A DNA stretch of 59,716 bases, taken from Mayamaea pseudoterrestris (lineage: Eukaryota). A model generated the notes under the pieces. The model saw only the letters and a list, made by a program, of their open reading frames with translations. It did no database searches and was not told where the DNA came from. Made by a program: the position numbers and the translations under genes. Every line of letters starts with the position of its first letter. Within the stretch, counting starts at the first letter, position 1. This document shows positions 1-10,100 of the stretch, one piece after another. The stretch covers positions 1,178,001 through 1,237,716 of the forward strand of contig BROI01000006.1 in the NCBI GenBank assembly GCA_027923505.1, given 5' to 3'.

Positions 1-170
1 TGACTTATCTAAAAGTATCAGGCTTAACTAATTGACTGGATAGATTGAGTCAAGATTGAAATAGTGACTCCGCGCAAAATGGCAACAGCCTTCGAATGAG
101 CGATTACAAAACCAAACTCGAGCAAGTCAGCACAAAGCATACAGATTGTTGCTCAAACAGAGCCATTACC

Positions 171-695
171 ATGATTCAGCGGTTACCCAACCTTCTCCTC
201 ATTGCACTTGTTGCATTCAGCAGCAGCAGTTTCGTTCCATCGGTTGCAGCTGCAGCGTCTACGGAACCAGACGTTTGGATGCTCACGCTGCTGGGCAAGA
301 ATGATGAGGACGGCAACTGCAAAGCCCAAGCCGACGAGATTGGAACGTATGTGCAAGAAACATTCAACGCTGCCATTCCCGGAATCACTCCCTACGATCC
401 AGTCGTTGATGATACAACAACCAATAGTAATCGCTTCCTGCGCAGCAGCAGTCGCCGCCAGCTGGCCATTAAGCTATGCGCCCGCACCTACTGCTCCAAG
501 CCACGCAACTGGGACGAGTGCTACTTTTCCGGATGCTCCTGCAGCTGCGGACGAAGCAGGCAGCTGGCGGTCACTGCCAGCAGCGACATGGCCCAGGTAC
601 TCAAGGCCAAGCGCGACTTGGACAAGTGGGTCACGGCCAAGGGAGTGGAACTTGGATGTGAGCTTGGACTGGTCATGGAGAAAATGAGGGGATAG
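171..695 (+). CDS. Secreted Cys-rich peptide precursor, paralog 1
   Basis: ATG at 171 opens a hydrophobic signal peptide (MIQRLPNLLLIALVAFSS). Core RRQL|AIKLCARTYCSKPRNWDECYFSGCSCSCG|RSRQL is shared with three neighbouring ORFs. Confidence 0.85.
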   Translation: MIQRLPNLLLIALVAFSSSSFVPSVAAAASTEPDVWMLTLLGKNDEDGNCKAQADEIGTYVQETFNAAIPGITPYDPVVDDTTTNSNRFLRSSSRRQLAIKLCARTYCSKPRNWDECYFSGCSCSCGRSRQLAVTASSDMAQVLKAKRDLDKWVTAKGVELGCELGLVMEKMRG

Positions 696-1230
696 CTACT
701 GGAGATGAGGATATTGAGACTCGCGTTTAGTCGGTCTCGGGCGCTGTGTACTTTCATAGCTCGCGCGAAGCGTTCCTGCGATGCGACCGTTGCTGGACTT
801 GCATCTTTGGAAAGACGTTCGTGGCCTCTTTCAAGCTCGAGTGACTGAAGCTTTAATAACGGCGTTTTGCCATTGATGATAGATTTACATTATATATAAA
901 TGTCGTCTTTCATCTAGGTAGCGTCAACCAATCATCCTGACTGTCCATAGTTCCAGACAACTTGCTTCGCGTTGTGTAGCAATTTTGCATACTATTCCGT
1001 AGTGATCATCCATGCACTCATTCACTACTCGAGTACGTCTTTTGTGATGTACTTTACCTATGTACTTTCATAAAATAAAGAGTTAATATGACTGCGATAA
1101 TTCTATCAGCAAGCGGCTTTGTAGCCTTGTTAAGTCTACGTATGAATTGGAAATGCAAGCGGCAACGAGCGAAGGGATCGTCATGGCCGAGGAAAGAAGG
1201 AATAAAAGGTGTTGCATGCATTCTCGTCTC

Positions 1231-1710
1231 CTAGGTCACCTTTTTCAACACCAATCCAAGCTCACAGCCGAGCTCCACACCCTTGGTGACAAGCATGGCA
1301 TCGAGAATTCGCTTGGCTTCCAGAATTTGCGCCTGGTCGCTGGCATTTTCTGACACTAGCTCACGTCCTCGGCCGCACGTGCATGAGCAACCACTAAAGA
1401 TGCAAACATCCCAGTTGCGTGGCTTTGAGCAGTAGGTGCGGTCGCAAACGTTAATGGTGGTAAGCTCGCGGTGGACGCTGCGTAGAAAGCGGCCAGCATT
1501 GTCATCTGGATAGTAGGTGGTAAAGCCAGGGACGGCGGCGTTGAATACATCCTGGACTTGCTGACCTATCGCATCGGCTTGGGCGAGGCAAGCACCGTTT
1601 ACATCGTTTCGCCCGAGAACGTTGAGCGCCCAAAGGTTGGCCGGTTTGGCGGCAGAAACCGAATGAACGCAGGCAAATGCAGCAAGGAGGAGTGACAGGA
1701 TTTGGATCAT
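1231..1710 (-). CDS. Secreted Cys-rich peptide precursor, paralog 2
   Basis: Signal peptide MIQILSLLLAAFACVHSVSA. Core HREL|TTINVCDRTYCSKPRNWDVCIFSGCSCTCG|RGREL. C-terminus KGVELGCELGLV is identical to paralog 1. Confidence 0.88.
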   Translation of the reverse strand: MIQILSLLLAAFACVHSVSAAKPANLWALNVLGRNDVNGACLAQADAIGQQVQDVFNAAVPGFTTYYPDDNAGRFLRSVHRELTTINVCDRTYCSKPRNWDVCIFSGCSCTCGRGRELVSENASDQAQILEAKRILDAMLVTKGVELGCELGLVLKKVT

Positions 1711-2544
1711 GTTTGAAGTCTTGAGGTGAATAGCTTGGACAATTTTGTCGAATTATGAGAGCTTGGAGGTTGGCGATTGTCGGGAGGCGTTTGATGAGTT
1801 TGTGAGTGCATTGCGCAGCATGGCGCCCGGCGAAAGTTTTTAATCGTCGAATCATCGTCGGAAATGGCCAGTGACTTGAAGGGCCTATTCGTCAATGACC
1901 ACCGAAACCGTTCGACTGGTTAATTTAAGTAGGCAATGAATCAGTCAAAGTTCCGGTGAAATATCAGTCTTGAACTGTCGTCATTAAGGCTTAAGCGAGG
2001 CAATACACTGACTCCTAATCGTAAAATCTCGACGCCAAGGAATACGAACAATCAAACGAGTATTCCAATTGCCTGGCGATCTCTAGCCAGTTTAATTGGA
2101 TTAACGCTTCAATGGCCGTTGCTAGACACGATCAAAGTCCATGGCACTCTGACATGCACGACTGACCGGCTTAGTCAGTAGAATGAAAACCACTGTTCAA
2201 GCGGACCTGCGAGGCATGTTGACACTTTTGACGAACCAACCTTCGGATACTCCGCGTGGCGCGCCAGCAGGAATTAAATCCATCGTAGCGGTACTAATAT
2301 TTAGCTATTTTACGTATATTCACCGGTACAACCTACCGGTATGGACGATCGTCGCTTATGTTAGCTGATACATGATGAATGCCACGTACAGTGTAAAGTA
2401 TCATTATCGTAATACACTGCTTATGAACAACATTACTACAACGCGGTATCTAGTTAGGCTGGTTGTGGACCTTTTTTAGCATTTTCCTTGTCGTGCGACT
2501 CCAAACAACTTGAGTCACAAGACTTGCGCGTTATCAGATTTGCC

Positions 2545-3042
2545 TTATATGCCCAAGTCATTTATCGAGACTTGAGATAAAGTCACTCCAAGTATGCAGC
2601 CCGGAATTGATGCGGTAGCATTAGCCACAATCGTCATCAAAGCTTCGCGGGCAACTCGAATGTCTCCTCCACTCGCTAGGCCTTGTACAATTAACCGCCT
2701 CTTGCCACATGAGCATTTGCATCCGCTATAGTAGCAGTAGTCGTAATTGGCAGGCTTAGAGCAGTAGCTTGCAGTGCATACTTTTACTTGAAGTTCGCGA
2801 CCCTTTGAATGCTTTAGATAACGTCGTCGCCCGGAGGCACCAGAATAGTCGCTTAATCCAGGAACAAGGCGCCCGAGCTTAGCCATCAAAGTGGGTCCTA
2901 TGGACTCACCCAAAGCGGCACAACGTGATGTTCCTGGCGCATCATTTCCGGCGACTGTTAGCTGGTATACTTCCGCGTCCTTAGCGACAGCAAGGCTCGT
3001 GACCACAGATAAGAGGATGGCAACTATCTGAAATATGTTCAT
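2545..3042 (-). CDS. Secreted Cys-rich peptide precursor, paralog 3
   Basis: Likely start MNIFQIVAILLSVVTSLAVA (ATG at 3042). Core GREL|QVKVCTASYCSKPANYDYCYYSGCKCSCG|KRRL. Confidence 0.85.
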   Translation of the reverse strand: MNIFQIVAILLSVVTSLAVAKDAEVYQLTVAGNDAPGTSRCAALGESIGPTLMAKLGRLVPGLSDYSGASGRRRYLKHSKGRELQVKVCTASYCSKPANYDYCYYSGCKCSCGKRRLIVQGLASGGDIRVAREALMTIVANATASIPGCILGVTLSQVSINDLGI

Positions 3043-3790
3043 TGTGTTCAAGTGTGATGTTGCCTTTGCGTAGATTTGAAGTCCAACCTTCACTTTCCGA
3101 AAGATAATGGATGCATTCTACTAGGCTGGTCGGCTGGTCCTACTTATTCTTTCGCTGTCACTGGCCGAACTGCTTTTACTCGTAGAATGAATCGCGCCCA
3201 AAGAAGCAAAGTTCGGAGTAACTTCATTACAGTACGTGTGTACAGTAGGGCAGTGTCAAACCATCCGAAGAACAATAACAAGAGTCAATGTGTTTGGGCG
3301 TGATATCTTTTCAGGCCGCCCCTCCATTTTTCTCCTCACGTAGTCCCAAATCCTATGTACAGTGTGTACCCTTGCCCTATGCCGACAGCTCAATTCCTAC
3401 CTTCCCAGGATCTTGCGGCTGAATGTTTGACCTCTTAAGTCTCGAGTATATGCTATTAGAACTCGTACAATTTGCTGTTACCGGTACCGTATTGGCATTG
3501 CGTTATGCGTGATGCAGTGCATCGTACATTGTAGCGGTTAAAGACCTCGAGGCAATCGCAGCGCTTTCGCACTTAAATTCAGGAATCCACCGGATATTAG
3601 GCTAGTAGGTGTGATAGCAGACGTTAAATCTTATTAGTAAGTCTAAAATGCCTCACAGCAGCATTCGGTTGGCGCGAGTCGCACTCAATGTGCTCGATCT
3701 TGTTTTTCGGTTGCCTTTTTACACGTATGCAATGCCCATGAGTATCGTGTGTCGAGCATTCAAAGCCTCGCAACGTTAGAGCTCTGGGAG

Positions 3791-4294
3791 TTACAAGCCT
3801 AACTCGTCAGAATCCAGTTCCGTCATGACCATTTCCAAAGTACAATCTGGAACCATCGCGGCCGACGTTTTGACCAATTGTTCCATCGCCTTGCGCGCCA
3901 CTTGAACGTCTCCTCCGTTGAGTTCCTTCGGTGCCAGCATGCGACCTCTGCCACACGAGCATTTGCAACCAGAAAAGTAGCAGTAGTCATAGTTTTGCGG
4001 CTTGGAGCAGTACGTTTTCGTGCAGACTTTGACTTGCAGCTGGCGGTGCGTCTTTGATTTAGGTTCCTTCAAGTGGCGGCGGCGGCGAGCATTGTAGTCA
4101 CTCAGCCACGAAGCAAGGTTTTGAAAGGTTTCCATCACTTGCGGACCAAGGTTGGCTCCCAAGGTGGCGCACTTTGTTCCGGGTGCAGCGTTCCCGACGA
4201 TGGACACTTCGTAGACGTCCACCTTGGCGGCGTCAATGACAGTCGCAAGTAGTAGAAACGACAGGAAACAGACAATGGCGAAGTGCTTGGTCAT
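3791..4294 (-). CDS. Secreted Cys-rich peptide precursor, paralog 4
   Basis: Signal peptide MTKHFAIVCFLSFLLLATVIDA. Core HRQL|QVKVCTKTYCSKPQNYDYCYFSGCKCSCG|RGRML. Closest to paralog 3. Confidence 0.88.
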   Translation of the reverse strand: MTKHFAIVCFLSFLLLATVIDAAKVDVYEVSIVGNAAPGTKCATLGANLGPQVMETFQNLASWLSDYNARRRRHLKEPKSKTHRQLQVKVCTKTYCSKPQNYDYCYFSGCKCSCGRGRMLAPKELNGGDVQVARKAMEQLVKTSAAMVPDCTLEMVMTELDSDELGL

Positions 4295-5182
4295 AATCGA
4301 ATTTATGTATAGGCAAGGGAAAAGTCGCGGATTATAACAAGTTGCGACAGCGAGCGAGCAAGATCAAAAAGTTGACCAATCGCTGTTTTTGGAATCGACG
4401 AACAGAATCGGCACTTGTCATTGGGGCATCAAAACGAGGGGCTAATGACTCTTGGGCTTCCTTTTCTTATGCCAAAAAGGCCTTTCGCAATATCAGGCAA
4501 TATACTGTAAGTGAAGCTTTTTCTGTCAATGAAAGTCACATGACTCTTTTCCATGCTCCGAATTCGGAAGCTTTCGTCACTGGATGACTCACCGATTGGG
4601 TGCTCATGTCCCATTGCCAGGAACGCCAAGCAATTCACCGACCGCCATGGCGGCTTATTCTCGAGCGTTATTCTGCTCCATGTACAGTACATCCCTTGCC
4701 GAAACGGTTGCATGTACAGTTATATGACACTTCTACCGTATCTTTAAGCGCCATTTTTAAAGGTAGGTCTAGGAATGTGCGCAAGTTGTCTCCTGGCTGC
4801 GGTTGTCCACCTTACCTTGCTTCGGCGATGAATCCAAATTGCAATATACCATCTTTCGACTGATCGAACTTAACACGTTCATGAAAGAGTAGCACCCAAC
4901 ATGTACTGAGAAGCAAAACATTTTTCGCTTGTTAAATTTGGTGACGATTCTACACTCTTATTGACCGTGCCCTCATGTTCTTTCGCAGAGCGCATGCAGT
5001 AAGCAGTCACCATCATGGCACATGGCACGTTAGTCGATGGCTAAGCTCACCAGGTCAATTCATCGCATCAATCGGGTGAATCTTGGCCCTGCTCGTCCAG
5101 TCCCTTTATGGATCTTTAGCTGGTGAGAGAAAAACTTTGGACACGAAATCGCTTGTCTTCCTCCGAAAATTCAACATTTACC

Positions 5183-6406
5183 ATGAACAAGCCTTGCAGT
5201 CAATCATCCTTTGAAACGAGCTGCAGTGACGACGATGACAATGAGATTCTGACGAATGATTTATGCATGCATCGCTCAATTACGTTCCGAGGAAGATACA
5301 TGTTTGCGACAATGCTCGTCTTGATCTTGGGTGCCTTTGGAACGACAACCTTTCAGCAATACGCAGCAGATAGTCAAAAAAGTAATATCATGCGTTCGTC
5401 CGAAACATTGATGTCATCATTCACGTCTCTGGAGCTGACAGACGATGGAAAGGTGACTTGGACGACGCGGCCGTCGCCTCCCGCAGGTTCCTTGCTTGAT
5501 CCAGTGATTGAAGCGTTTCGACAAGGAATGACGATTGATGCCGCAAGCATTGCCATTCACGCTCCTCGTGCCTCCTCCGACTGCTCCTGCTTCAACTCTA
5601 CGACAGCCACGTCACCCGATCCATGCTGCGGTCGCTTTTACATTCGCGGCCACAAAATGGGCATTCAATTGGTCTCGCTGCTGTTTCCAACGTTTCACTT
5701 TGACAATCGCTACGTACCACTAAACGCGAAGCATTACGTTGACTCGGACCTGCGCGTGGCGGTGGTGTTGCGAAACGTTTACGAAGCCATCGTGTCGGGC
5801 TATCTCTACCATAAACAGGGCCGCGAGTGCTACACGGATCCCAATGGTTTGCCGCTGCGCGACAAGGAGACGCACCAGCCAAGGGTTGGAAACACTGACT
5901 TTGTCAAGTATACAACCTTTCTCAATGACACAACAGCAGCAGCTACCGGTAGCAACCTAACAATCATTGCTGGCAATCTCTGTCAGTTCATCATGGACGA
6001 GCCAGTGGAACGTGGCATGCGCGCCTACATTGACTTTGTCTTTCGCGGCGACTACTACAAAAGCAGTTTGCTGGTTTGGCGTGCACTGTCGCAGCACGTT
6101 GGCTGGATTGGTGACCGCACCCACGTGGCTTGCTACGAAGACCTCATGACGAATCGAACGGCAACGTTGTACGAGCTGTTGCACTTTTACCATCCATCCG
6201 GCGTTCCGCCGGCAATGGCCGCAAAAGTTGCCAGCGGCACCAGCAAGCTTGCGTCGCGATCCAATGCCACTTACAGTGGACCGCACGCGACCAATCACGA
6301 CGCTGACTTGAGGGCGAGCTTGGTGAATGTTGTCAAGGCGCTGGACAGTGAATTCTACCATGGGCAGATTGCCCATGTGGATTCCATGATTCCTTGCGGC
6401 AAATGA
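5183..6406 (+). CDS. Type II membrane sulfotransferase-like protein (P-loop sulfotransferase fold)
   Basis: Single N-terminal TM (YMFATMLVLILGAFG). GHKMG resembles the 5'-PSB H-K-x-G motif, VVLRNVYEAIVSGYLYH resembles the 3'-PB R-x7-S motif, and a CYEDL motif follows. First ATG at 5183. Confidence 0.65.
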   Translation: MNKPCSQSSFETSCSDDDDNEILTNDLCMHRSITFRGRYMFATMLVLILGAFGTTTFQQYAADSQKSNIMRSSETLMSSFTSLELTDDGKVTWTTRPSPPAGSLLDPVIEAFRQGMTIDAASIAIHAPRASSDCSCFNSTTATSPDPCCGRFYIRGHKMGIQLVSLLFPTFHFDNRYVPLNAKHYVDSDLRVAVVLRNVYEAIVSGYLYHKQGRECYTDPNGLPLRDKETHQPRVGNTDFVKYTTFLNDTTAAATGSNLTIIAGNLCQFIMDEPVERGMRAYIDFVFRGDYYKSSLLVWRALSQHVGWIGDRTHVACYEDLMTNRTATLYELLHFYHPSGVPPAMAAKVASGTSKLASRSNATYSGPHATNHDADLRASLVNVVKALDSEFYHGQIAHVDSMIPCGK

Positions 6407-7189
6407 ATGGTTTTTCTTTAAGCTTGTACGACCAACACCAACAGGCAGGAACAACGGAGATAATGCTGGAAGCTCCGTTTACTGGTAGCGAATGTCTTGC
6501 TTGCGATGCTGGCTCACTCGTGTGGCTCGTTGCATGTTGGCGACAGTGACGCGGGAGTTTGTAGGATGAAAATTGGGCGTAACGTCACAAACATGGAATC
6601 TAGCATAGAGTACAATTTATTGCATAAGACTGATGCGTCACATCACGAGTCATTGAGTGATGAGACGCAGCCATCGTACTCGATTCCCCGTGCATGTCAT
6701 CGTTGCGGCTGCCCAAAGACTCCTAGAGAGTCGACAAGTCGCAAGCGCATAGACATACCGTGCGAGCAACATGTCAATCATGTACATTATTAATCAAGAC
6801 ACACTTTCGTCGTAGAATCGTCGCGAAGGACTAATAGCGCCCTCATTGGTTTGTCGAGCATCGCGGCAAGCTTGGCAATGATCGCGCATGTCGCTGTCAG
6901 TACCGGTCCGATTTGAGAACCAGTGCGACACTCGATTCCGGATCGACGACCGTCCTCTACCATGAGCAAAATTACCTTGCTATCATTGATATAATTGCAA
7001 TTTTTACTGCAACCAGTCTTTGATACATCATATACATCATCTTGGAATATTCTTATTGGGATCTTGCTAAAGTGATAAGTTATTTACGGAAGAAATCAGA
7101 ATTTGAACCGCAGCGAATTACGTGTCCGATCTCAAGCCATCAAAAGAGCAGCCATCAATCAATTCACATCATATATACCAACTATCACC

Positions 7190-10100
7190 ATGAATTTTGT
7201 CCAAACACTGGAGGAATCCCTCCGCGACTTGGCGTCCGAGGCTCGCAAGAAGCACCCAGGCGTCAAGGAGGCTTCCGAGCGAGCCACCTTGAGGCTGCGA
7301 ATGCTTCAAACGCAATACGTAGGCAAGGTGCGGCAAGCGAACAGTAGTAGCCAAGCCAGTGCCAATGGTTCGACTGATACTACAGCAAAAACGACGACGA
7401 ATCACCCAACGACGCAACTGTTTGCACATTCCGAAATCCTCCATCCCTTTTTACTCGCTGCCAATTATCCGAATGCATCGGCCGAATTGCTCAACATTTC
7501 CTTCAACAGCATGCAGCTACTCATGCGCGCCAATGCCATTCAACCATCCGACGCCATTCAAATGCTGCGGGTGTGGATGATTCAGGCGCAGAATGTCGTC
7601 TCGTGTTACGAAAAGCTGTACGCCAAGGAAATTTACTTGCAAACCGAGTCGCAGCAACATGAATCGGCGGCGACCACCAATCATGCAGCAGGCAGTAGCA
7701 GCAGCAGCTCCTCGTGGTTCTCCTGGGGATCATCGTCCAGTGCAGCAGCGACGACGGATCCAAGCAGCAGCAACAATAAGCAGTCAAGTAACAATCAGAT
7801 CCAATCCACAAAATCATCCTCCACAACACTATCATCCCAGCAATCACCCTTACAAATGGAGCATTGCGCCAAGCAAATACTCAGTTGCTTGCTGCAGCTA
7901 CTGGAACTGTTGAAGGAACACTATGCGAAACACTTGACGGTGGAACTGTGGACCAACGCCATGGCGCTTGCCTGCGTTTGGTTGCACTACACACCAATCA
8001 AGCACACTGTTCACCAGGCGGCAGTGTCAACCTTGAAGCAAGTCATGAATTTGCTATATTCCGCAGCAAACGACAAGTTGCTGCAGTCCACCTGGGACGA
8101 CTTGCTGCAACTATGCGACGTGAACATTCAACCAAACGTTAACCTGACGGGAGCCTTTGCGCTGTGCCAGCGCAGCGTGGCGCACAATGCCACGGTACAT
8201 CCGCCGTGCGCGGAACTGGCGCTGCAACTGTTGACGCGACTTTTGCGTGAACACCATATATCATTGCCGCCAAGGTTGCTGCAAAAGACGTTTGGGATAT
8301 CCGTGCAGCTACTACTGCAATTAGACAAGCGGGGAACGTCCATGGAAAAGTGCTTGCGCATTTCGCAGTGGACGACGGTGCTCTTTCAAACGTATTTTGT
8401 CAGCTACTCGAGCGAGTGTTTGGAACTGTTGGAGTTGCTGCTGAAACCGATTGCAGCGGCCACGGATGTTTGTCGGAGTCATGATGACTTTGAGGATGGT
8501 TACGTGTATACGGCGAGTGATGCGGATTCAGTGTTGCTGACGGAACAACATGCAGCCAGCGATGGAAAGAAGTCGTCGTCGACGCGAACACTGACGACCT
8601 TGATTTCACCGAGTGTTTTGTGGAAGGCGGCGTTTAGCTTGGAGGCAATTTACGTTATTTTTGATAGAGACAACCCAATGGAGCTGTCAGTGATTTTGGA
8701 GGATGCAAGGATAGTGTTGGCGCTGTCGGAAACGCTGAGTGACTTTGCAACAATCGGAGCAAGCTGCATGGATCATTTGCTGCAACTCGTTAGCTTCGGC
8801 AAATCGCTTCCGTATTCTGGCAATGAAGTGTTTGCCAAGTCTTTGACCAAGGTGAAACCAACATTTTTTCGAACGGCAGAGCAAGCATGCACGAGTGGAA
8901 ACGCGCAGTGTCTGCTAGTGGATGGTGCGTCGACCGACAAGGCGACATCGTCCTCAAGCTCTGGGATTCTTGGAGAAGCGCTTTGGATAACTTTGCAAAA
9001 TTTGTTGCGGTTATCAGAGTGCATGATTGGTTTGAATGGCGTGGAGCAAATGCTGGAGCAAACGTTTGCTCCGTCTCTGGCAGTTCTGCAACATTACTTG
9101 AAGCGATGCATTGGATCAAGCGATTTGGTGCAATTTTCACTCAAGGGTTTTGCAAATCTAGCTGACGTGTGTCTACCACTGGGTACGATACATCGAAAGG
9201 CGCTGCTCCTCTCACTGTGTAAGCTTTCGCTGCCAACCTGGGGGCAGCGCGACTCCACTGCTCAGTTACAGGATCATCATGTCATGACATTGCTTTATTT
9301 ATGTCGCATAATTCATACACACTACGAATTCATTACAGATGATTGGGAAATAATTGTTCGGACATTCGACGAATTATCTGATATTACAATTGCATCGAAG
9401 CAACTTTCTGACGAGTCTTACCACGCGGCGCTTGCGGTCTCCAACCTTTTCAGTCGCCTGGCACCTTTTTCGACGTGTTTCTCAACCTCATCCTTGTTAA
9501 GATTGGCAGAAGCTCTCACAGAAATAACCAAGACTAGATTGGAAGGTTTGGATGTAGTTGGAAGCAATGATACCGTGCTAGCACAGCGAATGAAACCAGT
9601 CGATGCACTTGCACGACAGTCATCGGACGGAGGCGAAAGCAGTAGCATTAGCTCAAAAATAATGAACATTGGCGTTAGAGCCATTTATGGAAACGATTCG
9701 GAAACACAAAAGACGGAAGGCTCGAAAGGAACAAGGATAGTCGGTACTTTCTGTGGTGACTACCGACATGAATATGTAAAACGGATATCTTCGGCAAAAT
9801 CAACGATGCGAGTGAACGCTGTCGGCGACATTCCGTACGTTTTGGCTGTACTCACGGATGTGGTCATGGCCAATTCCTTTCGTTTCGAGGAATGCGGAGA
9901 TCCGCTTTCAGAACAGCTATCACGCTTGGCATCAGTTTCTCCAGCCGTCCGACCATTCATCATGGATGTCTTGTCAGTGCTGGCAATGTCTCATTTGTCC
10001 AGTGAAAGAGCTCTTCCGGCTCCGTTTGTAGGACCTGGAAGGTCTATTTTTGAGGATCCAATGCAGAGCCAGCTGTGGGCCGTGGAAGATTGTAGCGGCA

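Noticed and set aside
465..551. Cys-rich cores as metallothioneins or a named defensin/knottin family
   Set aside because: Signal peptides and aromatic-rich cores argue against metallothionein. The C-x4-C-x8-C-x4-C-x-C-x-C spacing does not match a family I can name with confidence.
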